Positions 26,536-36,460 of a stretch of DNA of 54,010 bases are shown here, piece after piece. A model generated the notes under the pieces. That model saw nothing but the letters and a program-made list of their open reading frames with translations. It ran no database searches and was not told the origin of the DNA. How positions within the stretch are numbered: position 1 is the first letter of the stretch; the number at the start of each line of letters is the position of its first letter. A program made the position numbers and the translations under genes. This DNA comes from a virus. Taxonomy: Duplodnaviria; Caudoviricetes. The DNA lies in the IMG/VR virus record IMGVR_UViG_3300036944_000329, positions 1 to 54,010 of that record, one strand, 5' to 3'.

Positions 26536-28647
26536 TTAGTGAATCGAATACCAGTCTGGGCCAGCTTGAGCCGTGCCCGTTACCAACACATCCAAGCCAA
26601 TTCGCTTTGACGCCTCGCCATACATATCTGTCATAAGTTTCATACCGATTTCCTGTTCCTCTAAAGGGAACTCCGCAGTCAATTCATCGTGAATTGACAG
26701 TATTTGATGGCCTTTTAATCCCATCTGACCCATCTTGTGATTAAGCCAGCAAACAGCCTCATTTTGCAGTACCGCCTCTGAAGCCATCAGCAAATAGTTG
26801 AGAAGCTTGTGCTCTGACATGCAGTACACCCAAGTATTCCCAGCAACTTGTATGAAACCACCTCGTCCGTATGGGTGTTCTTTGAACACCTTGCGTAACC
26901 GCTCTTGTAAGTCACCCATTGCCGGAAGCTCCCTTGTGAATCGCTCCTTGATGGCCTTGCCTTGTGCTGCTGTTTTTAGCTTCAGGGTTGTCGCAAGCTT
27001 TTCGTCACCGCCTCCGAAGAGGTAGCAGTATATCCCATTTTTGCTGTACTTCCGTATGTCCGTCAACTGTTTAATGAGTGAAGCATCTTGTGTCTCTCTT
27101 GCCTCCTGTACCATATCACTACTCATTACACCAAATGCTTGTGCGTTCAGTGTGTGAGGGTCTGTACCTACGTAATTGTGGTTCTCATCAAACTCTTGCC
27201 CAGACAGTACAGCGTGTGTATATGCCGGATCGCCCATGAAGTTAGCAAGCAGTCGTAGCTGTGCTGAATCCATGTCAACAGACACAAGGATCTTACCCTC
27301 ATCTGCTACCCAAGATTTCCTCATTTCCGCTCCATAGAGTGCTGACGGACTCGGCACGTTTACGATACCCCTCTGGGCCGCTCTACCCGTGCTGGTCGAC
27401 CACGCCATACAGCCCGATGCAATGCGCCCATCTGCACGTAACTGGTTAATCCACCCCTTTTCATCACTCTTTTCATTAGCGAATGTCCTGCGCCGATGCA
27501 CATAAGTGTTATACTTGGCAATCTTTTCACCCAAGTCTCCACTGATACTGTCGAAGCTATCCTCAGTGAGCTTAGGGGATTTGGGGATCATCTTACCCCT
27601 CTCATCACGGACAAACTTGCCCTCAGAGTCCTTCTCATAGTTCCATTGCGTAGGCTCCCAGCCGATACTAAGTAGATATTCCTTGATAACAGCATGTTGA
27701 GACATCTTGGCCTCTAAGTAATCAATCTTTGTGTACGGGCCTGCAACTAAACGATCTGACTCATCAGGCTCTTGGCTGATGCCAAAATGTGTTGCAGTGT
27801 GCTTGTCGTAATTGCCATTCTTCAGGAACACCTTAGTTGTTGGCATGTAAGCATCCTTGATGACTTTGCCGCTCTCATCAAACTTATTAGGTGGTGTCTT
27901 ACGGAAGAACGCAGTCCACTTGTTGCTTACATCTGACCATGTACATTTAGGTGCCTTGACTTTAAGCTGCTTAGGCAGCAATGGCTCAATATCCTTCCTA
28001 AGATCCTCAATGAACCCATCTAGCTCTTCAACACACCTGAGCATGTGATCTTTGTCACCCTTTGTACCATACAGCTCTTGCTTAGTGTACCAGTAAGATG
28101 TTGCTTGTGTACGCCTGATGGCCTCTACAAAGTTCAGTCCAGTCTTCTCAGCCTCATTGTTGAGGTATTTGTATGTCCGTAAGTTGATCTCAATATCAAC
28201 CAACACACGGTTGAGCTTCTCAGCGTCCCAGTACGTCCAGTCGTCAATCGGAGGTTTTGGGTACTTGAACAGTTGCCCGTAATACTCCAAGCCATGATTT
28301 CCACTAAGCCCTTTCAAGCGAGGACGATCATAGATCTGACATTTAGACTGAATGAAAGTATCCCAGCACTTGCTGAACGGAACGGTTGCTCTTGTCCACA
28401 AATGCGGGAAAAACTTTTCTAACACATGGTAGTCGTAGCCGAGAAAGTTGTGTGCAACGATCTTGTCATAGCTCATCAAGAACTTGACACCATCCTCAAG
28501 AGTGCCATCTACTTTATGATTGCCGCAATCTTGTTCTGTAAAAACATATGATTGCTTTGTCTCAGCATCAACTGCTGCAATCACCCAAATCGTAGTAATC
28601 TTGTCGAGAAGCGCATCCGCCTCTATATCAAAAACAACAGTCCTCAT
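26536..28647 (-). CDS. polA: Family A DNA polymerase with 3'-5' exonuclease
   Basis: ExoI FDIEAD, ExoII HN..GYD, TGR, motif A D...AQLR, motif B R...KNGIY..LFG, and motif C IHDE. Confidence 0.93.
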   Translation of the reverse strand: MRTVVFDIEADALLDKITTIWVIAAVDAETKQSYVFTEQDCGNHKVDGTLEDGVKFLMSYDKIVAHNFLGYDYHVLEKFFPHLWTRATVPFSKCWDTFIQSKCQIYDRPRLKGLSGNHGLEYYGQLFKYPKPPIDDWTYWDAEKLNRVLVDIEINLRTYKYLNNEAEKTGLNFVEAIRRTQATSYWYTKQELYGTKGDKDHMLRCVEELDGFIEDLRKDIEPLLPKQLKVKAPKCTWSDVSNKWTAFFRKTPPNKFDESGKVIKDAYMPTTKVFLKNGNYDKHTATHFGISQEPDESDRLVAGPYTKIDYLEAKMSQHAVIKEYLLSIGWEPTQWNYEKDSEGKFVRDERGKMIPKSPKLTEDSFDSISGDLGEKIAKYNTYVHRRRTFANEKSDEKGWINQLRADGRIASGCMAWSTSTGRAAQRGIVNVPSPSALYGAEMRKSWVADEGKILVSVDMDSAQLRLLANFMGDPAYTHAVLSGQEFDENHNYVGTDPHTLNAQAFGVMSSDMVQEARETQDASLIKQLTDIRKYSKNGIYCYLFGGGDEKLATTLKLKTAAQGKAIKERFTRELPAMGDLQERLRKVFKEHPYGRGGFIQVAGNTWVYCMSEHKLLNYLLMASEAVLQNEAVCWLNHKMGQMGLKGHQILSIHDELTAEFPLEEQEIGMKLMTDMYGEASKRIGLDVLVTGTAQAGPDWYSIH

Positions 28648-29246
28648 ACAACCTCCTTGTAATTTTTATTACGAAGAATCTTCCACATTGTCTGATATTT
28701 TATCCCGAACTCATCTGCGGTCAGTTGTATGTTGCCACAATTCTCATAAAACTCCCTCGCGGCTACCACCTGTTCGTTTGTCATTGTTGCTCTTGGATGA
28801 CGTTCGCACTTGTTTGACGCCAATCCTGTATCGTAACTGTGTCTCACATTCTCTTGTGGCGTGACCCATTCCAAATTCGACGGGGTGTTGTTCTTTTTAT
28901 CGCCATCGATATGGTTCACTTGCGTGTTAGTGTCCTTGTCTGGGTTGTCGACCCACAGAGTTGCCACCAACCTATGGACAAAAATAGATTTCTTTATCTT
29001 CTTGCCTTTGACTTTTCTACTGACATGGAGTACGGAATACCCGTCAACTGATGTCTGTAGTTTACACATCTTCTGTTTAGTCGTGTAGCTGAAATAGCCG
29101 TTTATGTTTCTGCTTGTCTTTTCGTATGGAACTGATCTAACCCTTCCGAAGTTAGAGACCTCGTATCTATCAGAAAGACAAACATCACCAGCGATATCAG
29201 GTGCCGGTGCCCAAACTTCCTCTATGTCAAAAACCACTGTACTCAT
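28644..29246 (-). CDS. NUMOD4-HNH homing endonuclease
   Basis: YEVSN.GRVRS, VHRLVA and VNHIDGDK.NN...NLEWVT..EN..H. Confidence 0.9.
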   Translation of the reverse strand: MSTVVFDIEEVWAPAPDIAGDVCLSDRYEVSNFGRVRSVPYEKTSRNINGYFSYTTKQKMCKLQTSVDGYSVLHVSRKVKGKKIKKSIFVHRLVATLWVDNPDKDTNTQVNHIDGDKKNNTPSNLEWVTPQENVRHSYDTGLASNKCERHPRATMTNEQVVAAREFYENCGNIQLTADEFGIKYQTMWKILRNKNYKEVV

Positions 29247-29310
29247 CTTTCCTCCGTCATCAATATATCATTTGAATCAGTTAGTGATTATAAGCATATA
29301 CCTGTGAGTG

Positions 29311-31119
29311 TCAATACAAATCATCGAATACAGGTTCATCAAAAGACTTCTCCGTATCCTGATTCTCAAACACGCTCATGTCAGCATCTTCCTCCAAGTC
29401 CTTAACCTCGACAAGTTCTCCTGTCACATTGTTATACAACACCCTTGCCGCAACAGAGGTATTGCCGCTATATCTATTTTTAAGCACTCGGATGGTTGTC
29501 GTGTTGCGTTCAACCGGGTCGTCTGCTTGCCCGTTACGTTCAAACCCAATCACCATATCCGACAACTGAGCAATGCCTGCACTTCCTCGAAGTTGTGCCA
29601 GAGACGTTGCAGCACCCTCTTCATGCCCCTTACCATCACCGGGACGTTTAAGGTGGCTGATGATGAACAGGCAAATATCCAACTCTTGCACAAGTGTACG
29701 CAACTTCGTGCAGATCTCGTCTAGAGCCTTCCGCTCGTCTCCATAACCACCTGCCGACACCATGATCGAGATGTGGTCTAGGAAAATGTATTTACAATCT
29801 GCTGCCCTGACAAAATATGTGATGTTCTCACAAATAGTGTCAATATCTGCGGCACCGAAGTGGTCATAAAGGAACACACGGCCTGTTCCTAGTGTGGCAT
29901 CAAAAGCCTCCTTCATCTCTTCTGTTGTTCGCTCTACGTCTGGCAGATGTAGCAGCTTGTTTGCTTCCATAGACATAATGGAAAGAGCTGTACGCTTAAC
30001 GCTCTCTTCCAAGAACATACCGCCAACATTTGAATCTGTCGTCTTCAAAATGTGGTGCAGGATTTTGCGGGCAAATGTGCTCTTTGCTACGCCGCTACCC
30101 GCCGTTAGTGTCACCATCTCCCCAGTACGGATGCCGTGTGTCACCTTAGTAAGTCCCTCCCAAGGGTATGGGATAGATTCTACACCGTCTACGGATGAAA
30201 CAGTCTCCCAAAGACCACGACCATCCAGAATACCGGCTGGTGAGTAGTCCTCTGCATTCCAGAAGGCTGAATAGAACTCCTTACCCTTCCCTTTCTTCAA
30301 CATATCGCAAGGGTCTTTCTCGCTGAAAGACATAATCTTAGTCTTACCTAGCGGCAGACACTTGCAAATGTCACGAGCACCTTTCTTGCCTACATCATCC
30401 TGATCAACACATACCAACACCTTCTCAAAAGAGTTTAAGAAGTTGTAATTGGTCTTTACAGACTTTGTGTTAATACCGTTAGGGAGGCTCACAACGGCTG
30501 TAACATAACCTTCACGATTAGCGTTATCCTGCATCATCTTCTGAGCTGCAAGCATATCCAAGTAGCCTTCTGTCAGAATAAGGAACTTCTTACCAGCCTT
30601 GTTCTCGTACTCACCACCCTTATCAAAGAGGTGTTGCCCTTGCAGCTCACAATTCTTTACATCACCAATCGCACTAAACTGCTTGGGGAGAGTTCGTTTG
30701 AAGTATCCAGTGATGTGTCCTTCCTTCGTTACAGGGTAGTAGTGGGCATCAATCTCACCAGTCTCTTGATCGTAAGAAACTTTCATGCCGTACATCTCTG
30801 CGATGTTTAGAGGAAGCTTGCGCTCCCGAACACCCCGCACATCATAATTCTCTGTGATTTCCTTTACCAGCTCTACGTCTGACATGCTATCTTCATCCTC
30901 CTGTTCAATAACGTGAACGTAACCTGTTTCATCTACTAATTCGTTAGCAAGCAGTCTTTGGTGGCTAGACCATTGCTGGCAACTGAAACAGAAGCCCGTG
31001 AAATACTCTTCACCAGAATCAGTGAAGTGTTGGTAGATACCGTGTGCATCACTACTACTGCAATGTGGACATTCTGTGTGACCTAAGAACGTACCCTCCA
31101 CCATCTCTTTCTCCCCCAT
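29311..31119 (-). CDS. Primase-helicase (T7 gp4-like)
   Basis: Zn finger CPHC...CFSC, TOPRIM TEG..D and D.D..G, Walker A AGSGVAKS, DHIS, LRGS..I.QLSD and KNR.SG. Confidence 0.93.
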   Translation of the reverse strand: MGEKEMVEGTFLGHTECPHCSSSDAHGIYQHFTDSGEEYFTGFCFSCQQWSSHQRLLANELVDETGYVHVIEQEDEDSMSDVELVKEITENYDVRGVRERKLPLNIAEMYGMKVSYDQETGEIDAHYYPVTKEGHITGYFKRTLPKQFSAIGDVKNCELQGQHLFDKGGEYENKAGKKFLILTEGYLDMLAAQKMMQDNANREGYVTAVVSLPNGINTKSVKTNYNFLNSFEKVLVCVDQDDVGKKGARDICKCLPLGKTKIMSFSEKDPCDMLKKGKGKEFYSAFWNAEDYSPAGILDGRGLWETVSSVDGVESIPYPWEGLTKVTHGIRTGEMVTLTAGSGVAKSTFARKILHHILKTTDSNVGGMFLEESVKRTALSIMSMEANKLLHLPDVERTTEEMKEAFDATLGTGRVFLYDHFGAADIDTICENITYFVRAADCKYIFLDHISIMVSAGGYGDERKALDEICTKLRTLVQELDICLFIISHLKRPGDGKGHEEGAATSLAQLRGSAGIAQLSDMVIGFERNGQADDPVERNTTTIRVLKNRYSGNTSVAARVLYNNVTGELVEVKDLEEDADMSVFENQDTEKSFDEPVFDDLY

Positions 31120-31164
31120 ACAATCCCCTCCAAATTATCCGGGGCCATCTCTGGCCCCTAAATC

Positions 31165-31344
31165 TCAGCCCAAATAATACTCAACCGGATCATTCAGAAC
31201 AATCATACAAGCCTTACCTTTCTTGTCCAGCCACTTCCATGTAATACTCTGTTCCCGACCACTCCACTTAGGTGCTCGATCAAGAGCTGCTGTCACATTG
31301 TCCTCATACCACTTGTCGAATTGTTCTTTGCTGACACGTTTCAT
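31165..31344 (-). CDS. Small hypothetical protein (59 aa, below the ORF-track cutoff)
   Basis: MKRVSKEQFDKW...VEYYLG*; overlaps the stop of the ClpP-like gene and fills the gap. Confidence 0.5.
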   Translation of the reverse strand: MKRVSKEQFDKWYEDNVTAALDRAPKWSGREQSITWKWLDKKGKACMIVLNDPVEYYLG

Positions 31345-32264
31345 TCATCGTCCCCTGACGATACAAGCTCAAGTTCCTCTGGTTCATAACACCAGCCAGA
31401 TTGTAGGAAGTGCATTGTCTCGTCAATATCAACGATGAAGTCTTTGTGTCCAATATCATCCCCGCCACCATTCTCTGTTGAGATAACACGGACATGATCA
31501 CCCACTTTAAACTTTGGTGGAGTCTCTTGTTTAGACTTGCAATCACAATCCTCACACCCTCCACAATGCTTGTTCAGATCAGATCCTAGCTGGTATTCGT
31601 GACCAGACGTATCCTCAGAACCCTCCGCATCAAACTCGTCACAACCGTCTAGTTCATCCTCAATGAATGCCTCAGCCTGTTCTTCGGCTTCTTGCTGACG
31701 GATCTCCACCATGCGCTGTAGACGTTCTTCGATCTGATCCTTATCTAGCCATAGATCAATCCCTCGTAACACATCGTCAATCTCTTCAGCTGTCAGGAAA
31801 TCCTTATATACAGCATGAAACAAACGCGTGTGATGTTTACGATCATGGTCTGTCTGGCTGAACAAGTCGGAAGTTTTCCCTGCTGCACCATTCGACCCAT
31901 TGTGCACTAGCATCTCAGCAAAGTCTCCTAGACTAAATGAATGCCCAGCCAAGAAGATGATACTCCCTGCTGAATGTGCTGACCCAGTGATACGTGTATG
32001 GATGTGCCCTTCGCATGTAGACATTGCATCCAGAAACTCCATCGCTGTAGCTAGATAGCCTCCGCCAGTGTTGATTAGGATCTCACATGAATCATTCTCT
32101 GTCATATTGTGTAGGATATTAAGCTCCTCGTTAAAATCCTCTGGGGCTGTAATGTCACAATTCAAACGGATTACGTGATGATTAGCCTGCATTGACTGTG
32201 TTTGCACACGGCCTTGCTGTGGCATACCCATAACGATGGCTTCACCTAGGTTGTTCTTGCTCAT
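31341..32264 (-). CDS. ClpP-like protease with acidic linker and SH3/KOW-like C-terminus
   Basis: INT.GG, A.SAG..IFLAG, ML+H and D.WL; C-terminal FKVGD.VRV. Start MSKNN with RBS AGGAGG. Confidence 0.8.
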   Translation of the reverse strand: MSKNNLGEAIVMGMPQQGRVQTQSMQANHHVIRLNCDITAPEDFNEELNILHNMTENDSCEILINTGGGYLATAMEFLDAMSTCEGHIHTRITGSAHSAGSIIFLAGHSFSLGDFAEMLVHNGSNGAAGKTSDLFSQTDHDRKHHTRLFHAVYKDFLTAEEIDDVLRGIDLWLDKDQIEERLQRMVEIRQQEAEEQAEAFIEDELDGCDEFDAEGSEDTSGHEYQLGSDLNKHCGGCEDCDCKSKQETPPKFKVGDHVRVISTENGGGDDIGHKDFIVDIDETMHFLQSGWCYEPEELELVSSGDDE

Positions 32265-32289
32265 ACTCTTTCCTCCTACGTTGATTGAA

Positions 32290-32574
32290 TTATTCACCAA
32301 TATCACTAATTACAATGTCACATCCCACCACCTTACCAGCCTTCTTGACCAACTTCGGGTGATAACTATACCGATAACTCTTGCCAATATCAACCTTATC
32401 CAGATCAATGTTATCCTTCTCTGTCTGATCCAGACCATTCCACCAATCAATTGCCTCGCAGATGTCAACGAGTAGTTTGGCTGCTTGTGGTGAATCAAAC
32501 TTGATTGGATCACTGTACTTGACTGACTCTTGACTGATATAGCCTTCTTCTACTGCTTGGATTTCGTATGACAT
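32290..32574 (-). CDS. Hypothetical protein
   Basis: RBS AAGGAG; packed. Confidence 0.55.
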   Translation of the reverse strand: MSYEIQAVEEGYISQESVKYSDPIKFDSPQAAKLLVDICEAIDWWNGLDQTEKDNIDLDKVDIGKSYRYSYHPKLVKKAGKVVGCDIVISDIGE

Positions 32575-32575
32575 A

Positions 32576-33052
32576 TCAGTATTTCTCCTTCATAAATGAA
32601 TGTTCGCCTATCATAGCAACAACATTCATTCGCTGCAACCACTTTGGCCTACGTTCTAGCTTAGACTCATTCACATACCACTTAGCTCCGTTGGTATAAT
32701 CAGCAATATACCCGTTCTGAACATCCAATGCAACCCTTGTGGCCCACCATAGTGCATCTGCATCTGGGACGGACATGTTGCTAAGATGTGTGACAGGTTG
32801 ACCATTGTTACGATAGCTGTATTGGTATGGCTGAGACAGCACACCACAATACGTATCAGGGAAACGATCACTCTCTACACGATTCTTAGCCACAAGAGCT
32901 ACAGCATACTGTCCTGACAGGGGTTCTCCTCGTGCTTCGTGATAAACCATCTCAGCCAAGCACAACACCTCACCAAGAGGCTCTGTAGGACTTTGTGGAT
33001 AGGATGATAGTGCCTGAGCTATCACTACAGATGCGATTGTGTTTGTTAGCAT
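32576..33052 (-). CDS. Cell wall hydrolase (SleB/Hydrolase_2-like)
   Basis: CLA..VYHEARGE...GQ.AVA.V..NRV....FP.T.C.V..QP.Q+S and IG.H.F. Confidence 0.9.
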   Translation of the reverse strand: MLTNTIASVVIAQALSSYPQSPTEPLGEVLCLAEMVYHEARGEPLSGQYAVALVAKNRVESDRFPDTYCGVLSQPYQYSYRNNGQPVTHLSNMSVPDADALWWATRVALDVQNGYIADYTNGAKWYVNESKLERRPKWLQRMNVVAMIGEHSFMKEKY

Positions 33053-33105
33053 ATTTGTGTCCTTTTAATTACGGTCGCATAATATATAGATGGATGTAAT
33101 CCAGA

Positions 33106-33603
33106 TTATCTGGACAAGAGTATAGCATCTAGATCATCTTCATCAAAGTAATCATCGCACATTGCTGACACAGCCACTTTATCTCGCTCAATAAATTCAA
33201 GGGCCAGTTCACACGCTTGCAGATACCTGCGTGATTGTCTCTCCTCAATGTCTAGGAACCAAGAAACTTTGCTTGCAGTGATCTCGTCAAACTTACCTAA
33301 CAGGTATACAAGTTTACGTAGCGATAGAGGTCTTTGCTCACCGTTCTTTCGGTACCAATTCACACGACAAACGCCTACAAGGATGTTCTCAACTCTTGGA
33401 TCTAGACTAGATATAGACCTGTTACCAAAGCTTACAAAATAATCACGGTATTTGTTTATGATCACTTTTGGCTTACGCCCTTTGCAAGACACCTTATCTA
33501 CATTATCAGGATACTCTTCTCCAGAGAAGCGCATCTTCAATTTAGTCTTTTCAGACATTGTGCTCATCTTACTCAACGGAAGAATCTCTTTAGACCAGCT
33601 CAT
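33106..33603 (-). CDS. Hypothetical basic protein, possible C-terminal HTH
   Basis: 165 aa; ITASKVSWFLDIEERQSRRY resembles an HTH. Confidence 0.55.
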   Translation of the reverse strand: MSWSKEILPLSKMSTMSEKTKLKMRFSGEEYPDNVDKVSCKGRKPKVIINKYRDYFVSFGNRSISSLDPRVENILVGVCRVNWYRKNGEQRPLSLRKLVYLLGKFDEITASKVSWFLDIEERQSRRYLQACELALEFIERDKVAVSAMCDDYFDEDDLDAILLSR

Positions 33604-33866
33604 TACACACTCTCCTCTCGTTTCAAGTTAGTCCACATTACATCATACACTCTGACTGATTGCAACATCCAATTCAGAATATCTTGTTCATACACTGACA
33701 AGGATTTCTCTGTCAGACGGTAGTAGTGGATGGTAGCAGCACTAGCCTTGTCTAACATTCCACCAGCTTCATTCCAAGCATCCATTTCAGCATTAGCAGG
33801 CACCCCTCCTACCCAATGTTGTATCTTGTGTTGTTCCATCACGTTCTCCTGTTCGATGTCTGACAC
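33603..33866 (-). CDS. Hypothetical protein
   Basis: Packed against the next gene; likely start MEQHK (RBS AGGAG). Confidence 0.55.
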   Translation of the reverse strand: MSDIEQENVMEQHKIQHWVGGVPANAEMDAWNEAGGMLDKASAATIHYYRLTEKSLSVYEQDILNWMLQSVRVYDVMWTNLKREESV

Positions 33867-33924
33867 AATCTATCTGATCACGATTGATGAGTCAATGGTT
33901 GTTAGTCACAATTGTACTCAGACA

Positions 33925-34333
33925 CCCAGACTAGATGTCTAGACTAGATATCTAGTTTAGATATCCTATCTAAATATCTTATCTAGATATATAGTATTTA
34001 TAAGTATAATAGTAACTAAATAATACTAGCTAATATATCTTGTTAAGAAGTCTAGTCTAGATATCCAGTATAGATGATCTAGTCTAGATATCTTGACCAG
34101 ATCGCCTAAGCGAAGCGTACATCTTCTGTGATAGTGTTGTCAATACCCTTTTCAAAGATTCTTAACAAAATGTCTTGTTAAGATGTCGTAGTAAGCATCA
34201 TATGTATATGTAAATACTTGTTATTACTAGTGATTCCTTGTTAGAGATGGTGTCATCCCTTGTGATCAGATGTGTAGGCTTCGCCTGAATGTGATCAAAA
34301 TGTCTTGACACAACATCCGGACAAGACTAATCT
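33925..34333. repeat. AT/CTAG-rich divergent-promoter element A (inverted homologue of 52598-52990); candidate replication origin
   Basis: The reverse complement contains AAGAATCTTTGAAAAGGGTATTGACAA and ATATCTAGACTAGACTTCTTAACAAGATAT, both also found at 52744-52860. Promoters: TTGACA-N18-TACGCT (minus, 34114-34143) and TTGACA-N17-TAATCT (plus, 34305-34333). Confidence 0.75.
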
Positions 34334-34364
34334 AGTCAAAACATCCAAACAAGAGGGCTTAACC

Positions 34365-34673
34365 ATGATCGTAAACGTAACAGAAACATTCCGTGTGAAC
34401 ATTGATACCTACGGGAATCATCAACCAGAGTTCTTCAAACCATCCAGCCTGATTGAGAAGGGCAAGAATGCTGGTGAGATGTCTGAACCAAAGTGGGTGA
34501 GCGCTGGTAAGTATTACCGCAATGTAGCTCAGGCTATCTGGTGGGGTATTGAGAACGGATATCTTGGTGAGGACAATGTTGCTGATGAACAGTCTCTGAA
34601 ACAACACCTAGATACGCTTGAGGCTAGAATTAGCTTGCTAACATCCCTGCTTAACAGTATACAGTCAAAATAA
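34365..34673 (+). CDS. Hypothetical protein
   Basis: Start MIVNV after the promoter at 34305 and RBS GAGG. Confidence 0.65.
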   Translation: MIVNVTETFRVNIDTYGNHQPEFFKPSSLIEKGKNAGEMSEPKWVSAGKYYRNVAQAIWWGIENGYLGEDNVADEQSLKQHLDTLEARISLLTSLLNSIQSK

Positions 34674-34799
34674 GCCTCCAGAATAGCCCTGAGGCTTACG
34701 AAAACAGGGGTAGAAGGCACGATCTAGGTTCCACCTAAGCCAACGTATAGGGTGAATTAAAACAGGCTAATTTCCTTAGTAGATTCTATCAGAAAGTGT

Positions 34800-34828
34800 T
34801 TGACACCACTCTGGTGATGGACTAAGAT
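34800..34828 (+). promoter_or_regulatory. Sigma70-like promoter
   Basis: TTGACA-N17-TAAGAT. Confidence 0.7.
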
Positions 34829-34863
34829 ACAAACATACAGGAAAGACATTTGGAGGAAAAACC

Positions 34864-35088
34864 ATGACGCCGTTTGAACTGAACAAGATCAAGCCTCAAG
34901 TGATCACTAACGAATGCTCCAAACAACACGTAATCAACGTGATGCAGAACCAGATTGACTTGCTGAAGATCGCCAAGGAACTTGCCGAACAAGTAGATTC
35001 ACTTAATGAAAAATCTGGTGAAATTGGTGCTGGAAAGTGTTTGACAATGAAATCTCTCGCATCTACACTACTCACATATCTTAAATGA
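34864..35088 (+). CDS. Hypothetical protein
   Basis: RBS GGAGG. Confidence 0.6.
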   Translation: MTPFELNKIKPQVITNECSKQHVINVMQNQIDLLKIAKELAEQVDSLNEKSGEIGAGKCLTMKSLASTLLTYLK

Positions 35089-35103
35089 CTCGGAGGAAAC
35101 AAC

Positions 35104-35415
35104 ATGTATACAATCAACTACAGCCTGATCAAAGGCACTGGCGAAGAACTCTTGTACGAAGTGTTGGTGAATGTTAGTCGCTATGAGAACGTGAAAGGCA
35201 ATCCTAGCACCTACGATAGCGATTGGGATTATCACGGCTACACTGACATTGATTGGGATATTGTTCGTACAACATGTACCAACGAAGATGACAACGAATG
35301 GATTGTAGATGACATTGATGCTGAGTTGACAGATGAAGAGATTGAAGAGTTTAATGAGTACGTGACAGAGAATCTGATTCAGATGATAGCTGAGGAGGAA
35401 CGTGATTATGAATAA
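35104..35415 (+). CDS. Highly acidic hypothetical protein
   Basis: RBS GGAGG; DSDWDY.GYT motif; Asp/Glu-rich. Confidence 0.65.
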   Translation: MYTINYSLIKGTGEELLYEVLVNVSRYENVKGNPSTYDSDWDYHGYTDIDWDIVRTTCTNEDDNEWIVDDIDAELTDEEIEEFNEYVTENLIQMIAEEERDYE

Positions 35416-35560
35416 ACCATCCCTACACCAAGACGCTCGCATCTACATCCCAAAAGAACGTCTAGAGGTGTTGACAGCATACGAACAATACGTAACAATG
35501 AACACCAAGCTAGAGCGTAACAGCTTCAGCAAGCTGGCTAAGCAATTTCGGAGGAAATGA
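35408..35560 (+). CDS. Small hypothetical protein (50 aa)
   Basis: MNKPSLHQDAR...QFRRK*; overlaps both neighbours. Confidence 0.45.
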   Translation: MNKPSLHQDARIYIPKERLEVLTAYEQYVTMNTKLERNSFSKLAKQFRRK

Positions 35561-35820
35561 TCATGTGGTGTAAGACAATCTCAGACAATAACCTCAAGAA
35601 AGGCCTATCACCTGTACGGAATAATCTGGCCCGTAGTCTACGCCAATACCGCAAGCTGGTACGATCTGGACAGCGTTACACGTATGAGTGTGGCATCCAA
35701 TACGGCATCTGTCTTGGTGAACAGGCCCAAGTGATGATGGCTGAACGTATTGCACGGGATGTGCGAGTGAAGACTATGTGCGAGATGTACGAGGCAAAGG
35801 AAAAGGGTGAGTTCATGTGA
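35557..35820 (+). CDS. Hypothetical protein
   Basis: RBS GGAGG; packed. Confidence 0.55.
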   Translation: MIMWCKTISDNNLKKGLSPVRNNLARSLRQYRKLVRSGQRYTYECGIQYGICLGEQAQVMMAERIARDVRVKTMCEMYEAKEKGEFM

Positions 35821-35946
35821 GAAAGGATTGTCTAGCCAAGGATGGCTTACGCAAGAACAGGTTTTGAAAGTAGAATTTGTGCTGGACATTCCTGATTGGG
35901 TTGGTGATAATGTCTGTATGTTGATGGATAACTTGGAGGCAGTAAA

Positions 35947-36147
35947 ATGAAATATGTAACAACAAAAGAGATGCATATGCGGATGGGCTTTAGCGCATTT
36001 ACTCTACCAGTTGGGTCTACTGTCGAAATTAATCAGGTAGATACAGAACACAGAAAAGTCTTAGTAGAGGTTGGTAGAGATATTGACTGGGTCTCTGATA
36101 GAATCATTCAATCTTTGGAATTGGTGAAGGAGAAACAAAATGACTAA
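35947..36147 (+). CDS. Small hypothetical protein (duplicate copy 1)
   Basis: Near-identical to 36732-36917. Confidence 0.7.
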   Translation: MKYVTTKEMHMRMGFSAFTLPVGSTVEINQVDTEHRKVLVEVGRDIDWVSDRIIQSLELVKEKQND

Positions 36148-36460
36148 AGATTTTCGAGATGAGATGGTCGTGGGCGTAGATAGTGAACACTACCCTCGTG
36201 CAAAAAGACTTGATATTACAGACGAGCTATCTATTAGTATCCAAGCAAACCAAGGAGCTTACTGCCAACCTAGAACTAACCTACCATCCTACAAGGACTA
36301 CTATGAGTTTGAACTGGGGTTCCCAAACTTTGTCCCACCTGCTTATATCATGCAATATGCAGAAGACAGTTTATACCCTGAAGATACAGTGTACGGATAT
36401 GTGCCTTACGATTTGATCCAAAGAATGATTAATGAGTTGCGAGGAGGAGAAACAAAATGA
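36140..36460 (+). CDS. Conserved phage hypothetical protein
   Basis: SIQA....YC.PR...E+GFP...Y.E....TVYGYVP motif. Confidence 0.65.
   Translation: MTKDFRDEMVVGVDSEHYPRAKRLDITDELSISIQANQGAYCQPRTNLPSYKDYYEFELGFPNFVPPAYIMQYAEDSLYPEDTVYGYVPYDLIQRMINELRGGETK

Noticed and set aside
26536-28647. Intron or intein in the DNA polymerase
   Set aside because: It is a continuous ORF with all motifs and a normal C-terminus, and no intein-like termini were noticed.
8502-33942. Numerous plus-strand and nested short ORFs in the minus-strand block
   Set aside because: They are antisense or out-of-frame shadows of well-supported genes, without RBS or recognisable motifs.
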